Shown: in pieces, positions 29,543-38,581 of the stretch
Numbering within the stretch: position 1 is the stretch's first letter
Layout of the letters: each line of letters starts with the position of its first letter
NCBI GenBank assembly: GCA_045586565.1
Contig: JAZNAO010000006.1
Coordinates: forward strand, 1,457 to 65,456
Reading direction: 5' to 3'
From: Candidatus Enterousia sp.
Lineage (GTDB): Bacteria > Pseudomonadota > Alphaproteobacteria > Rs-D84
DNA: 64,000 bases
Made by a program: the position numbers and the translations under genes
Notes under the pieces: model-generated
The model's input: the letters and a program-made list of their open reading frames with translations, nothing else
Told to the model about the DNA's origin: nothing
Database searches by the model: none

Positions 29543-30801
29543 TTCTTTTTAAACCATCCCAATGCGCTATTAAATGCGCTGGTTGTTTGTTTGATACCTT
29601 TCCACATTGTTGTGGCGTCACCATTGACCTGTCTATACAGTTTATCCATACCGCCACCGATATAATTTTCCAGTTGCTTTTGTGTCATCTGATAGATTTT
29701 ATACATCAAAAAGAATGTCAATATTGCCGACATCCATGTGACAGAATGTGTTCCAAATCCAATTGCATTTACAACTTCTGGTGTGGGCAGATTGCTGTAT
29801 GCGCTGCCCCCGGCGGCAGAAACAAATACCGAAGAATTCCATCGGAACAGTGCTTTGATTACCGCCAAATTGATGCACAGTATAAACGCACATGCAATCA
29901 TAGTGATAATCAATTGTTGTAACGCCTTGGTAATACCGCTGAATGCGGGCCAAACATCGAACCATTTATCACTGGACTTGGTCACGTATGTCAGCACATA
30001 GAACGGATATAAAATCAGTTGTACACCGAAATTAAATATTCCCTGTATAATCAGCATTGCCATAAACAGGTTACTGCCGATAAATGTGATTATTAGAATA
30101 ATCCCGGTCAATACATTCATTAAATCTTCGCCACCATGTGGAATCAATGTCAACAGCCCGCGCAATCCACGTGTCAAGAAATCAAATCCGCGTTTTATAA
30201 TCTGGTTGTTTGCGTGTGATAAATCAGATATTGGTTGCACTAAAAATTCGCATGATTCCGGATTCAACCACGCTTTTTCTGTAATGCTGGTTGGGCAATC
30301 TATTTTTTGTGCGTTGGTTCCTGTTTCGTTGATTGTCTGTGTTATTTCATGAGTATATACCGACCCCAGTTTTAAAAAAGGATTTACCAACCACTGCGTC
30401 AAGAACATCGGTGACAGTTGTAATAAAAATACAATTGCGATAAATGCGCGAAATCCAGGTTTTAGAACTTTTGTTGCGATGTCCATTGGACCGGCTTTGC
30501 CATCAGCGATTTCACCGCCCCCCGATATGTTAAAGAACGCCAGCACTTCTTTCGGGGCAAACATTTTTAACAGTCCGATTACAATAGTTATAACGAAAAA
30601 TAATATAACCAATCCTTGAATAATTCCGTTGCCCACAAAAAATTCATATCCGCCCGTGGCAACCATCATCAGCGCATCCAATATCATCGGCACAAAAGGT
30701 GCCAAATTTAATGCGTCAACAATATCTGCATGTGCGGCCCCTGGTGCGCAGAAAACCGCGACAAAACATAAGGCTGATAATATTTTTTTTAGTATATTCA
30801 T
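29539..30801 (-). CDS. VirB6/TrbL-like polytopic membrane protein, paralog 1 (first gene of the operon).
   Basis: Signal peptide MNILKKILSALCFVAVFCAPGAAHA, at least six transmembrane segments. ATGA overlap with the downstream gene. Confidence 0.4.
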   Translation of the reverse strand: MNILKKILSALCFVAVFCAPGAAHADIVDALNLAPFVPMILDALMMVATGGYEFFVGNGIIQGLVILFFVITIVIGLLKMFAPKEVLAFFNISGGGEIADGKAGPMDIATKVLKPGFRAFIAIVFLLQLSPMFLTQWLVNPFLKLGSVYTHEITQTINETGTNAQKIDCPTSITEKAWLNPESCEFLVQPISDLSHANNQIIKRGFDFLTRGLRGLLTLIPHGGEDLMNVLTGIILIITFIGSNLFMAMLIIQGIFNFGVQLILYPFYVLTYVTKSSDKWFDVWPAFSGITKALQQLIITMIACAFILCINLAVIKALFRWNSSVFVSAAGGSAYSNLPTPEVVNAIGFGTHSVTWMSAILTFFLMYKIYQMTQKQLENYIGGGMDKLYRQVNGDATTMWKGIKQTTSAFNSALGWFKKK

Positions 30802-30868
30802 TCTCTCTTTTTATTTTTATCTTTTCAATTATATCACATTTAATGCAAAATATGGTATACTTAAAAAC

Positions 30869-32159
30869 AATGAATTGGTTAAAAAAATTTTGGATAATGT
30901 TTTTGTCCTTTCTGCCGATTGGGGCAGGGGCGGTTGCGCCATTTGTGATAAAGGGGTTGATTGGTGCGACGGCGGTTGCTGGATTTTCCATATATCGCAA
31001 TATGTCGCCTGTAAATATGGCAGACGCATTGGAATTTTTTTCATCGTGTTGGACGTGTCAGATGTTTTCAGACATTATGGCAACAATGTCGAATATATTG
31101 CCCCCTATATATGACGGTTTGGGTGGCGCGATAATTCCGTTTGCGATAATTCTGACGGCGGTATGGTTTGCGTGGCAGATTGTCAGTGATCATATGAATG
31201 CCAAAACGCCAGAAGCATGGTCTTTTACAACAAAATTTAGCACGCATTTAATAAAATTGACAGCGGTGTGTGCACTGCTGGCGGCGCCAATTCCGCGCAT
31301 GGTGACCCAAATTGCGATTGAACCGATATTTAATGTTGGTTTATCACTAAATCGATTGGTGGCGCATGACGATAGTTTTGATTCGTGTGTTGTGTCGACT
31401 GCCTTGGTTGATCCAACATCAGACAGTGCAGATGCGGCCAATTCTGGGGTGTTTTCGCCAAAGTTACGTCATAATTTAACATGTGAATTGGCGGGTGTGC
31501 ATCAAATGACAGGTCTGGGGATGACCGTTGGGTGGACAATGTTAAATATGTCATTCGATTCGGAATATATGCATAAAATTATGTGGGCTATCCCGATTTT
31601 TCCGAACGTGATACTGTTTGTTGCGGGCGCATTGATTGTGGGGTTATTTTTCTTGGCTTTGCTGCCGATACCATTGTATTTCTTAGAAATATTCATAAAG
31701 CTATCATTGGATATGGTGATGTTACCACTGATGTTGTTGGGTTGGTTGTTTGATGGATGGGCAATATCCCTCAAAGGGGCAGGTAAAACGATTCGTTCTA
31801 TTATTGATGACGTGATAAATGGGACGCTGGGGTTGGCGGTGACGGGTGTATTTGTATCATTTGCGATAATGTTTTTGAATGCGATATTCGGTGATTGGAA
31901 TGGTGCATCTGTTTTATCGACTGCATTGACCCAAAATGATTCGAAAATTTTGATAGACGCCTTGATGATGCGCAATGACAGTTTGGTTACTATAATTCTG
32001 ATGGGATTGTTTATGGCTGCGTTTATGACAATGATTCCTGCCCTGGCGAAGTCTTTGTTTAGCATAACTATATCCACAGAATTCTATGATTCGGCAAAAA
32101 AGAACCTTGATACACTGTGGAAAGGCTTGAAAAACGTATACGCACAAATAAAAAAATAA
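30869..32159 (+). CDS. VirB6/TrbL-like polytopic membrane protein, divergent paralog 5.
   Basis: Start chosen at MNWLKKFWIMFLSF (ATG at 30869) rather than the ORF-track start at 30699, which overlaps the divergent gene. SCWTCQMFSD and IPRMVTQIAIEPI blocks. Confidence 0.45.
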
Positions 32160-32226
32160 AAATCAAGTGCTTTATTTAACATAGCCCCCTTTTTTGTGTG
32201 TTCCGAATCTGATATAATTCATAGCA

Positions 32227-32736
32227 ATGACAAAGTTTCCGATTCTTTATTGGTCACGCAGAACCGCTGGGGACAGCGAATATCAGTTGGCGCGCAAGGT
32301 TATAAATAATGCCACGGGTGTTATGCCGGACGTGTTGACTGATGATATTGATATTGCGGCGATATTGGCGCAAAATCCAAATGCGACGATTTACTATCCT
32401 GTGTTTTGCGGTTCAACAGGTTGGTGGGGTGAATTATTGGGGTGTGATGCGGTTGTCGTTGATAAAATGATAATATCCCCCGAATGTCAATTGATGGTTA
32501 TCGAATCGCAAAAAAATGCCAAACCGCGTGGCACGAATCAGTTATTGGCGGCTGAAATTTACCCGACCAGTGGTTTTTTCAAGAAAATGAATTCTGGGAT
32601 TGCGACGGTTGCAGATATGTTGGCGACGGACGCCGGGACAATATTGGCATTATTCTCTGGCAAGAATCAGAATCAGTTTATAAATGTATTGGAATCGACG
32701 GGCAATTCATATCTGGGATGCATTGGTCGATATTAA
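32227..32736 (+). CDS. Hypothetical protein (169 aa).
   Basis: ORF only. Confidence 0.35.
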   Translation: MTKFPILYWSRRTAGDSEYQLARKVINNATGVMPDVLTDDIDIAAILAQNPNATIYYPVFCGSTGWWGELLGCDAVVVDKMIISPECQLMVIESQKNAKPRGTNQLLAAEIYPTSGFFKKMNSGIATVADMLATDAGTILALFSGKNQNQFINVLESTGNSYLGCIGRY

Positions 32737-32811
32737 AATGCTATTATTGCTTGATTTCTGTAAAAATACTTGTATAATTTGCGGGCTAAAATTTAAACAA
32801 AGGTAAACATC

Positions 32812-33024
32812 ATGAAACAAGGAATTCATCCTGAATATCACGAAATCAACGTCACCAGAACAGATGGCAAGACGGTAAAAATGTATTCTTCTGTTAAAAA
32901 AGACTTGGTTTTGTCTACTGATAATTTGAACCATTCTGCCTGGACAGGTCAGCGTTCTAATGCCGGTGACAAGGGTCAACGCGCTGCTGATTTCAAGGCG
33001 AAATTTGCAGGATTCAAATTTTAA
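32812..33024 (+). CDS. rpmE: 50S ribosomal protein L31.
   Basis: MKQGIHPEYHEINVTRTDGK...; 70 aa. Confidence 0.9.
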   Translation: MKQGIHPEYHEINVTRTDGKTVKMYSSVKKDLVLSTDNLNHSAWTGQRSNAGDKGQRAADFKAKFAGFKF

Positions 33025-33054
33025 TCTGAACTACGTCTGGATGGGGGCGACGAT

Positions 33055-33759
33055 ATGGAATTGCTGATTAAAGGTTCGACCGAATTAAACAAAATGTTTA
33101 TGGCGTTGCAACGTACTGCGTCTGGTCTGCGCCGTGATTTTGGAGAGGTGGAAAACCTGCAACAATCGTTGCGTGGCGCACGTGATTTTGTGCAAAAGGC
33201 ATCTGCCCGTATCGAAGAAAGTATTTTAAACGACCTGTTGTTGGTTCGTCCATCGGCGGGTTTGTTGACACCAAACGTATCGCGTGCGGGTGATGGACGT
33301 GACGAATTTGTTTTGTCATTGTCTGGTGCGTCTAATTTTGTTCGTGGCAATCCGCATTTTGCAATATCATTGGCATTGCGTTCAAATGACGAAACAAAGA
33401 TTGCGTTGGTATATTCCCCAATTGACGAAAGATTGTACTATGCAGAATCCGAACGTGGTGCATATATATTCTCGGCGTATCATTCTGCCCGAATTAAGGT
33501 GTCTAATTTGTCAGACCCGGCGGATGTAACGGTTGGTTACAATACATCTGATAATCGTGAAACGATTGGTGATGTTCGTCGTACGGGATGTCCGGCATTG
33601 GATTTGGCATGGGTTGCGGCGGGTAAATTAGATGCATATGTATCAGACCCACTGGATTTTGCAGAAATTGCGGCGGGCGACCTGATTGTCCGCGAAGCAG
33701 GCGGCCGAATTGAAATGATGACTGACCTGGTTGCAACGAACGGTCATATTGAAATTTAA
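33055..33759 (+). CDS. Inositol monophosphatase-family protein with a degenerate active site (SuhB-like, probably non-catalytic).
   Basis: The WDxAAG motif (LDLAWVAAGKLDAY) is present. The metal-binding DPIDGT motif is replaced by SLSGAS in the otherwise alignable block DEFVLSLSGASNFVRGNPHFAISLAL. Confidence 0.6.
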   Translation: MELLIKGSTELNKMFMALQRTASGLRRDFGEVENLQQSLRGARDFVQKASARIEESILNDLLLVRPSAGLLTPNVSRAGDGRDEFVLSLSGASNFVRGNPHFAISLALRSNDETKIALVYSPIDERLYYAESERGAYIFSAYHSARIKVSNLSDPADVTVGYNTSDNRETIGDVRRTGCPALDLAWVAAGKLDAYVSDPLDFAEIAAGDLIVREAGGRIEMMTDLVATNGHIEI

Positions 33760-33760
33760 A

Positions 33761-33788
33761 ATCCCCCATTTGGGGGATTTTTTTGAGT
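33761..33788 (+). terminator. Intrinsic terminator.
   Basis: AAATCCCCCATTTGGGGGATTTTTTT. Confidence 0.75.
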
Positions 33789-33798
33789 TCAAGTTTCT

Positions 33799-33862
33799 TA
33801 GATAAATAAAAGTTTATCGAAGTATTTTTTACAATTTTCTGACAAGAAAATTGTCATTCCTG
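33799..33862 (-). repeat. Repeat element copy C.
   Basis: GATAAATAAAAGTTTA...TTTTACAATTTTCtgacaaGAAAATTGTCATT. Confidence 0.6.
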
Positions 33863-33995
33863 CTCCGGGCCCCGCAAAAATTGTAAATTTTTGTGGGTGG
33901 GCATAGGCAGGAACAGGGTTTATAAAATTTACATACTCTCTGGAATACGTAATTGGTGCGCGTTGCGCACGGTTAAGAGACCCTATTACCGCCTG

Positions 33996-34060
33996 CGCGG
34001 TAATGACAAGAATTAAAAATTCTTGTAAAATGTTATGCAGATTTAAACTTTTATTTAAGT
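33996..34060 (+). repeat. Repeat element copy D.
   Basis: CGCGGTAATGACAAGAATTaaaAATTCTTGTAAAATG...GCAG...AAACTTTTATTTA. The promoter of the Cys-rich gene follows immediately. Confidence 0.65.
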
Positions 34061-34061
34061 A

Positions 34062-34090
34062 TTGATTCAACTTTTCAAAAATGATAAAAT
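34062..34090 (+). promoter_or_regulatory. Sigma70-type promoter of leader L1.
   Basis: TTGATT, 17-nt spacer, TAAAAT. The -10 box sits inside the conserved TGATAAAAT block. Confidence 0.65.
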
Positions 34091-34358
34091 ACATTTGTCG
34101 GTGGGATTTTTCACCGATGGGGTGTGGAAACCCGTTATCTAAGCGTCTATGCACGATTGCATAACGCGCCAATGGCGTGTTTTTTGTGCAGTGTATGGAT
34201 GAAAATTTTTTTCTCCTGATCTTATGTGGTCAGGAGGGCTGCGAATATATTGAATAAGCACACAATTCTTAGATATTGTTTCCAACCTCCTGGCCACCTA
34301 TCTTTTATGGTGGTTTTTGTTTAATTTGCGTATGCAGAACGAAAGGGAGGAAAGTAAT
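34091..34358 (+). promoter_or_regulatory. Conserved structured 5' leader L1 (candidate riboswitch or attenuator).
   Basis: P1 TCGGTG/CACCGA, P2 GGGT/ACCC, hairpin CTCCTGA/TCAGGAG (34213-34237), antiterminator GTGGTCAGGAGG pairing with CCTCCTGGCCAC, terminator CCACC-9nt-GGTGG followed by TTTTT (34294-34318), ribosome-binding site GAAAGGGAGG. Confidence 0.6.
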
Positions 34359-35102
34359 ATGCAAAAATTTTTAAAACTAACCGGCGTATCAGTTTTGGCA
34401 ATCGTTGCCGCAACGGGCGCCAATGCCGCGGGATACACCTGTGAAGAATTGATTGAATACACAGCATGTAATGATGGGTGGTATTTAAACGATGGTGATT
34501 GTATAGAAAGCACAACATGTCCATCGGGCAGTTATTTACGTCCGTTTTGTTCAGTGAGCGATTGTGGTGTGAGTTATGATTCTGAGACCGAAGAATATAC
34601 TTGTTGTGATGGTGATTATGTTGCAAACCTGGAATGCATACAATGCCCATCTGTTGGTCTGACTGACAAAGACGGCAAAGTGGTGTCGGTTAAATCACAG
34701 CCTGGCTCAATGGGTGTTGGTTCGTGCTATATTGACCCGAATGCATATTTCAAGGATAGCACGGGGACATATCATTATAAGTCCAATTGTTCTGTGCGTT
34801 TCTGGGAAACATCCCCAGACACAGAAGAAGAATGTACCAGTCTTGGTTTTGAATGGGTATATACAAGTGGTGAATCAGATTCTTATTATGTTTGTGCGTT
34901 GAACATGCGGATTAGTGAACAGTTGGGTTTAATAAAGACAGAAGAAGAATGTAACGCGGCAGCTGAAAAAATATATGGCTTGGTATGGAAAGATGAAGGA
35001 GATTATTATTATTCCAGATGCGAAACCATAAACTACGAAGAGAGTTACTTTATTTTTAGGGATGAATGGTATGTTTTTGGTGATCCTATTTCTCACTCCT
35101 AA
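34359..35102 (+). CDS. Secreted Cys-rich repeat protein, paralog 1 (248 aa).
   Basis: Signal peptide MQKFLKLTGVSVLAIVAATGANA. AGYTCEELIEYTACNDGWYLNDGDCI is near-identical to paralog 3. CxxCP..GLTDKDG module; 20 Cys. Confidence 0.8.
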   Translation: MQKFLKLTGVSVLAIVAATGANAAGYTCEELIEYTACNDGWYLNDGDCIESTTCPSGSYLRPFCSVSDCGVSYDSETEEYTCCDGDYVANLECIQCPSVGLTDKDGKVVSVKSQPGSMGVGSCYIDPNAYFKDSTGTYHYKSNCSVRFWETSPDTEEECTSLGFEWVYTSGESDSYYVCALNMRISEQLGLIKTEEECNAAAEKIYGLVWKDEGDYYYSRCETINYEESYFIFRDEWYVFGDPISHS

Positions 35103-35107
35103 AATAA

Positions 35108-35134
35108 AAAATCCCGCAATCGCGGGATTTTTTA
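35108..35134. terminator. Bidirectional terminator between the Cys-rich gene and convergent fabZ.
   Basis: ATCCCGCAATCGCGGGAT followed by TTTTT. Confidence 0.7.
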
Positions 35135-35569
35135 AACTGCCTTTTGTAATACTGCGGTAAAGGTTGATTCTGCGACCTTTTTACCACCCACAAATGCAAT
35201 TCCGTGGAATTTATACAATTTCATCTTGGTCATCAATAATTCAACATGCAATTCCAACTTATCGCCCGGGTGCACCATATGTGAAAACTTAATCTTTTCC
35301 ATTGTGGTAAAATACCCCAATGTATCTTTGCGTTCCGCCTCTGACAGACGCGCAAACGCAACATAGCATGCGGTCTGGGCCAACGCTTCGATTTGCAATA
35401 CGCCCGGCATAATCGGATTGCCAGGAAAATGGCCCGTGCACCAGAATTCGTCATCGCGGACATATTTTACACCAACCGCACTGGTGTCATTATATTCACG
35501 AATTTCGTCCACCAACCGCATGTCCCCGCGATGTGGTATAACTTTTTCGATTTCTTTTGCATCAATCAT
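35132..35569 (-). CDS. fabZ: 3-hydroxyacyl-ACP dehydratase FabZ.
   Basis: Hot-dog fold with HFPGNPIMPGVL motif; 145 aa. Confidence 0.9.
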   Translation of the reverse strand: MIDAKEIEKVIPHRGDMRLVDEIREYNDTSAVGVKYVRDDEFWCTGHFPGNPIMPGVLQIEALAQTACYVAFARLSEAERKDTLGYFTTMEKIKFSHMVHPGDKLELHVELLMTKMKLYKFHGIAFVGGKKVAESTFTAVLQKAV

Positions 35570-35742
35570 TCGATATTCCTTTCCTATTATTTTTGTTTAG
35601 ACAACATCCAACTTTCAATTATAATTTTTGTCTGTGGTTTTAACAATTGATTATCAGTTTGCATTTTTTGCAAAATGCGTTTTGGTGGATAAATATAAAT
35701 AATATTTTTATTTCTATTGTCTATCATTTTTGTGTGAATTGC

Positions 35743-36786
35743 TTATTTCTTGGCGTTTTTACGCAACCATGCATAGTGACGCATAAATTCGGTTCCCGGA
35801 CCCGCCGGATATCCCATATGTGATTCGCCGTCTGGGATATTGCGGAAAACACCACTGTTCGCACCAACAGATGCGTCGTTTCCAATCTTAACACCGTTTG
35901 CGACACCAACATGCCCACCCAATAACGCGCGGTCACCAACAACCACACCACCCGCCAGGCCAACGCCACTGGCCAAGAAACATTCTTTACCAATAACAAC
36001 CCCGTGTGCAATCTGGCACAGGTTATCAATTTTTGTTCCGTCGCCAATTGTTGTGTCTGTCATTGCGCCACGATCAATACATGTGTTTGCGCCGACCGAT
36101 ACGCGTTCGCCAATAACAACGCGCCCAACATGTGGGATAAATATATTTTTACCATTTTGGCGTGTGTATCCAAAACCGTCTTTGCCAATAACTGCATTTG
36201 CATTTATCACAGAATCTGCGCCAATTGTGGCGTTTTCAATATGCGCGCCACTGTGCACGATTGTATTGCGCCCCAAAACAACATTGCGTCCGATAAATGC
36301 GCCTGGATAAATCTTGACCCCGGGTTCAATCGCCGCGCCACGTTCAATTGTTGCAAATTGCCCGACATAATTTGTGCGTTTTTTGCGGAAAAATACACCA
36401 CGGTCCAGGTGTGCGTTCTTGCTGATACCAAAGCGTGGTTTTTCGCGATAAATTTCACCCAAAATTTTAACGATATTTCCGCGTGGGCTGTCTGTAATCA
36501 ACAGTGTGGCACCCTTTGGCGCATGTTTTGCCATTTCTGGCTGTACCAAAATCACGGTTGCGCGTGTTTTCTGTAAAACTTCAATTGGTAATATTTTGAA
36601 CGCATTGCTGTTTTGTTCTGTGGAATAGAACGCCAATTGCCCCGCACGCGCATCGGCAATCGGCGCCACCCCGCGCACAGGTTCGCTTGCATTACCGCGT
36701 AATTCCAGACCAAATTTGGTCGCCAAAGCCCCGGCTGTGGTTTTGTTTGCCGCCGGTGAAAACAAAGATCTTAATATTTTCATCAT
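35743..36786 (-). CDS. lpxD: UDP-3-O-acylglucosamine N-acyltransferase LpxD.
   Basis: Left-handed beta-helix hexapeptide repeats with an LpxD-type N-terminal domain. Start placed at MMKILRS; the ORF-track start at 36825 adds 13 unlikely residues. Confidence 0.9.
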   Translation of the reverse strand: MMKILRSLFSPAANKTTAGALATKFGLELRGNASEPVRGVAPIADARAGQLAFYSTEQNSNAFKILPIEVLQKTRATVILVQPEMAKHAPKGATLLITDSPRGNIVKILGEIYREKPRFGISKNAHLDRGVFFRKKRTNYVGQFATIERGAAIEPGVKIYPGAFIGRNVVLGRNTIVHSGAHIENATIGADSVINANAVIGKDGFGYTRQNGKNIFIPHVGRVVIGERVSVGANTCIDRGAMTDTTIGDGTKIDNLCQIAHGVVIGKECFLASGVGLAGGVVVGDRALLGGHVGVANGVKIGNDASVGANSGVFRNIPDGESHMGYPAGPGTEFMRHYAWLRKNAKK

Positions 36787-36967
36787 AGTGAACCGATTAT
36801 AGATAAAAAAAATTCTATATTCCACAATTTTATGACATGTATTTTTTTCTTGTAATTTTGCGATTCGTATATATAATAAAAGACGTTCTTAAATAAAATT
36901 TTAAGGGCGGGGTTGAAAAACCCCGCTCTTTCAGTAAGACATACAATAAATGCAAAGGAGTATATAA

Positions 36968-38506
36968 ATGTCTTTCGTATCGATGCCTCGTCAAGACTTG
37001 TTGTTGGCTATTGATTCTTTGGCCACAGAAAAGATGATTGATCGTGAAATTGTTATTGAATCATTAGAGGCGGCAATCGCTAAAATTGCAAAGCACAAAT
37101 ATGGCGAAGAGTTTAATATCACTGCTGAAATTGATCGCAAAAATGGTGCAATTTATGTAAAACGTTTGTTTGATGTAATTGAATCGCCTGAATCTGTTGG
37201 TGAAGAATATGATGCAAACACAATGTTGACTGTGGCCCAGGCAAAAAAATACTCACAAAATCCATCTGTGGGCGATGTTGTCGAAGATTCTTTGCCAGAA
37301 CCAGAATTTGGTCGTATGGCATTCCAAACGGCAAAGCAAATTATGACTGCGCGCGTTCGTGATGCAGAAAAAGGTCGTCAATATGAAGAATTCAAAGATA
37401 ATATCGGTGATATCATCAGCGGTGTTGTTAAACGCATCGAATTTGGTAATGTTTTTGTTGATATCAATGGCAAGGCCGAAGGTTATATCAAAAGCACAGA
37501 ATTGATTCCTGGTGAACGCTTGGCGGTTGGCGATCGTGTTCGTGCATTGATTATGGATGTTGCACGTTCTAATACAGGTCCCCAGATTTTCTTGACGCGC
37601 ACACATCCAATGTTTATGGAAAAATTGTTTGTCCAAGAAGTGCCTGAAATTTACGAAGGTATCATTAAAATTAAATCTGTATCACGTGCGCCGGGGTCCC
37701 ACGCAAAGATTGCGGTTGAAACCAGCGACCCATCAATTGATGCGGTTGGTATGACTGTTGGTATAAAGGGAACACGTATTCAACCTGTTATCAACGAATG
37801 CCACGGTGAAAAGATTGACGTTATATTGTATTCCGAAGACCCTGCTGTATTTATCGTAAATGCGATGCAGCCTGCCAAGGTCGCTAAAATCATCGTTGAC
37901 GAAGATACACGCAGTGCGGCTGTTGTTGTAAATGAAGATCAACAGTCTTTGGCAATTGGTCGTCGTGGTCAGAATGTTCGTCTGGCGTCTCAATTGACGG
38001 GATGGAATATTGATGTTATGAACGAAACCGAAGAACAAGAACGTCGTGCCAAAGAATTCAAAGAAAAGACAGAACTGTTTATCGGTGGTCTGGACGTTGA
38101 TGAAATGATTGCGCAATTATTGATTACCGAAGGTTTCCGCACAATCGAAGAAATCGCATTTGTTGATATTTCTGAATTGGAAGAAATCGAAGGCTTTAAC
38201 CCAGAATTGGCGGCAGAATTACAGAAACGCGCCAAAGATTATCTGAACAAAATCGAACAAGATTATATTGATAATGGTCATGCGCTGGGTATGTCTGATG
38301 ATTTGTTGAAATTTGACTTTATCAAGCGTCCAACAATCATGAAACTGGGCCAGGCCGGCATCAAATCATTGGAAGATTTGGCAGATTTGGCCACAGATGA
38401 ATTGATTGAAATCTTGGGCGAAGATACAATGTCTAATCGTTTGGCAGGGCGTGTTATTATGAAGGCACGTGAAATCGCATACGATATTAAACAGGACGAC
38501 GAATAA
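36968..38506 (+). CDS. nusA: Transcription termination/antitermination factor NusA.
   Basis: N-terminal domain, S1 domain, two KH domains and C-terminal acidic repeats. Confidence 0.95.
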   Translation: MSFVSMPRQDLLLAIDSLATEKMIDREIVIESLEAAIAKIAKHKYGEEFNITAEIDRKNGAIYVKRLFDVIESPESVGEEYDANTMLTVAQAKKYSQNPSVGDVVEDSLPEPEFGRMAFQTAKQIMTARVRDAEKGRQYEEFKDNIGDIISGVVKRIEFGNVFVDINGKAEGYIKSTELIPGERLAVGDRVRALIMDVARSNTGPQIFLTRTHPMFMEKLFVQEVPEIYEGIIKIKSVSRAPGSHAKIAVETSDPSIDAVGMTVGIKGTRIQPVINECHGEKIDVILYSEDPAVFIVNAMQPAKVAKIIVDEDTRSAAVVVNEDQQSLAIGRRGQNVRLASQLTGWNIDVMNETEEQERRAKEFKEKTELFIGGLDVDEMIAQLLITEGFRTIEEIAFVDISELEEIEGFNPELAAELQKRAKDYLNKIEQDYIDNGHALGMSDDLLKFDFIKRPTIMKLGQAGIKSLEDLADLATDELIEILGEDTMSNRLAGRVIMKAREIAYDIKQDDE

Positions 38507-38581
38507 AATGTTATCAGTGCAAGGTTCATAATTTGAACTTTGCACTTTGAACTTTTAACATTATGAACGGAGTGAATTTAT

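Noticed and set aside
30699-30868. ORF-track N-terminal extension of the divergent VirB6-like paralog (start at 30699).
   Set aside because: It would overlap the first 100 nt of the divergently transcribed gene 29539-30801. The ATG at 30869 gives a typical hydrophobic N-terminus and leaves a 67-bp divergent promoter spacer.
34190-34250. Short upstream ORFs overlapping the CTCCTGA/TCAGGAG hairpin in each leader (for example MKIFFLLILCGQEGCEYIE in L1), which could suggest leader-peptide (Cys-codon) attenuation.
   Set aside because: The reading frame across the hairpin is not conserved in the divergent leader L2 (the loop length differs by a non-multiple of three and the peptide changes completely), whereas the base-pairing is conserved. 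RNA structure is the better explanation. There are no tandem Cys codons.
34091-34358. Assignment of the leaders to a known riboswitch class (TPP, SAM-I/II, cobalamin, FMN, glycine, ZTP, fluoride, Mn, preQ1, c-di-GMP, T-box).
   Set aside because: None of the characteristic core sequences of these classes is present by eye (no CUGAGA, no GCCACUG, no T-box AGGGUGGNACCGCG, and so on). Left as unclassified pending an Rfam or Infernal search.
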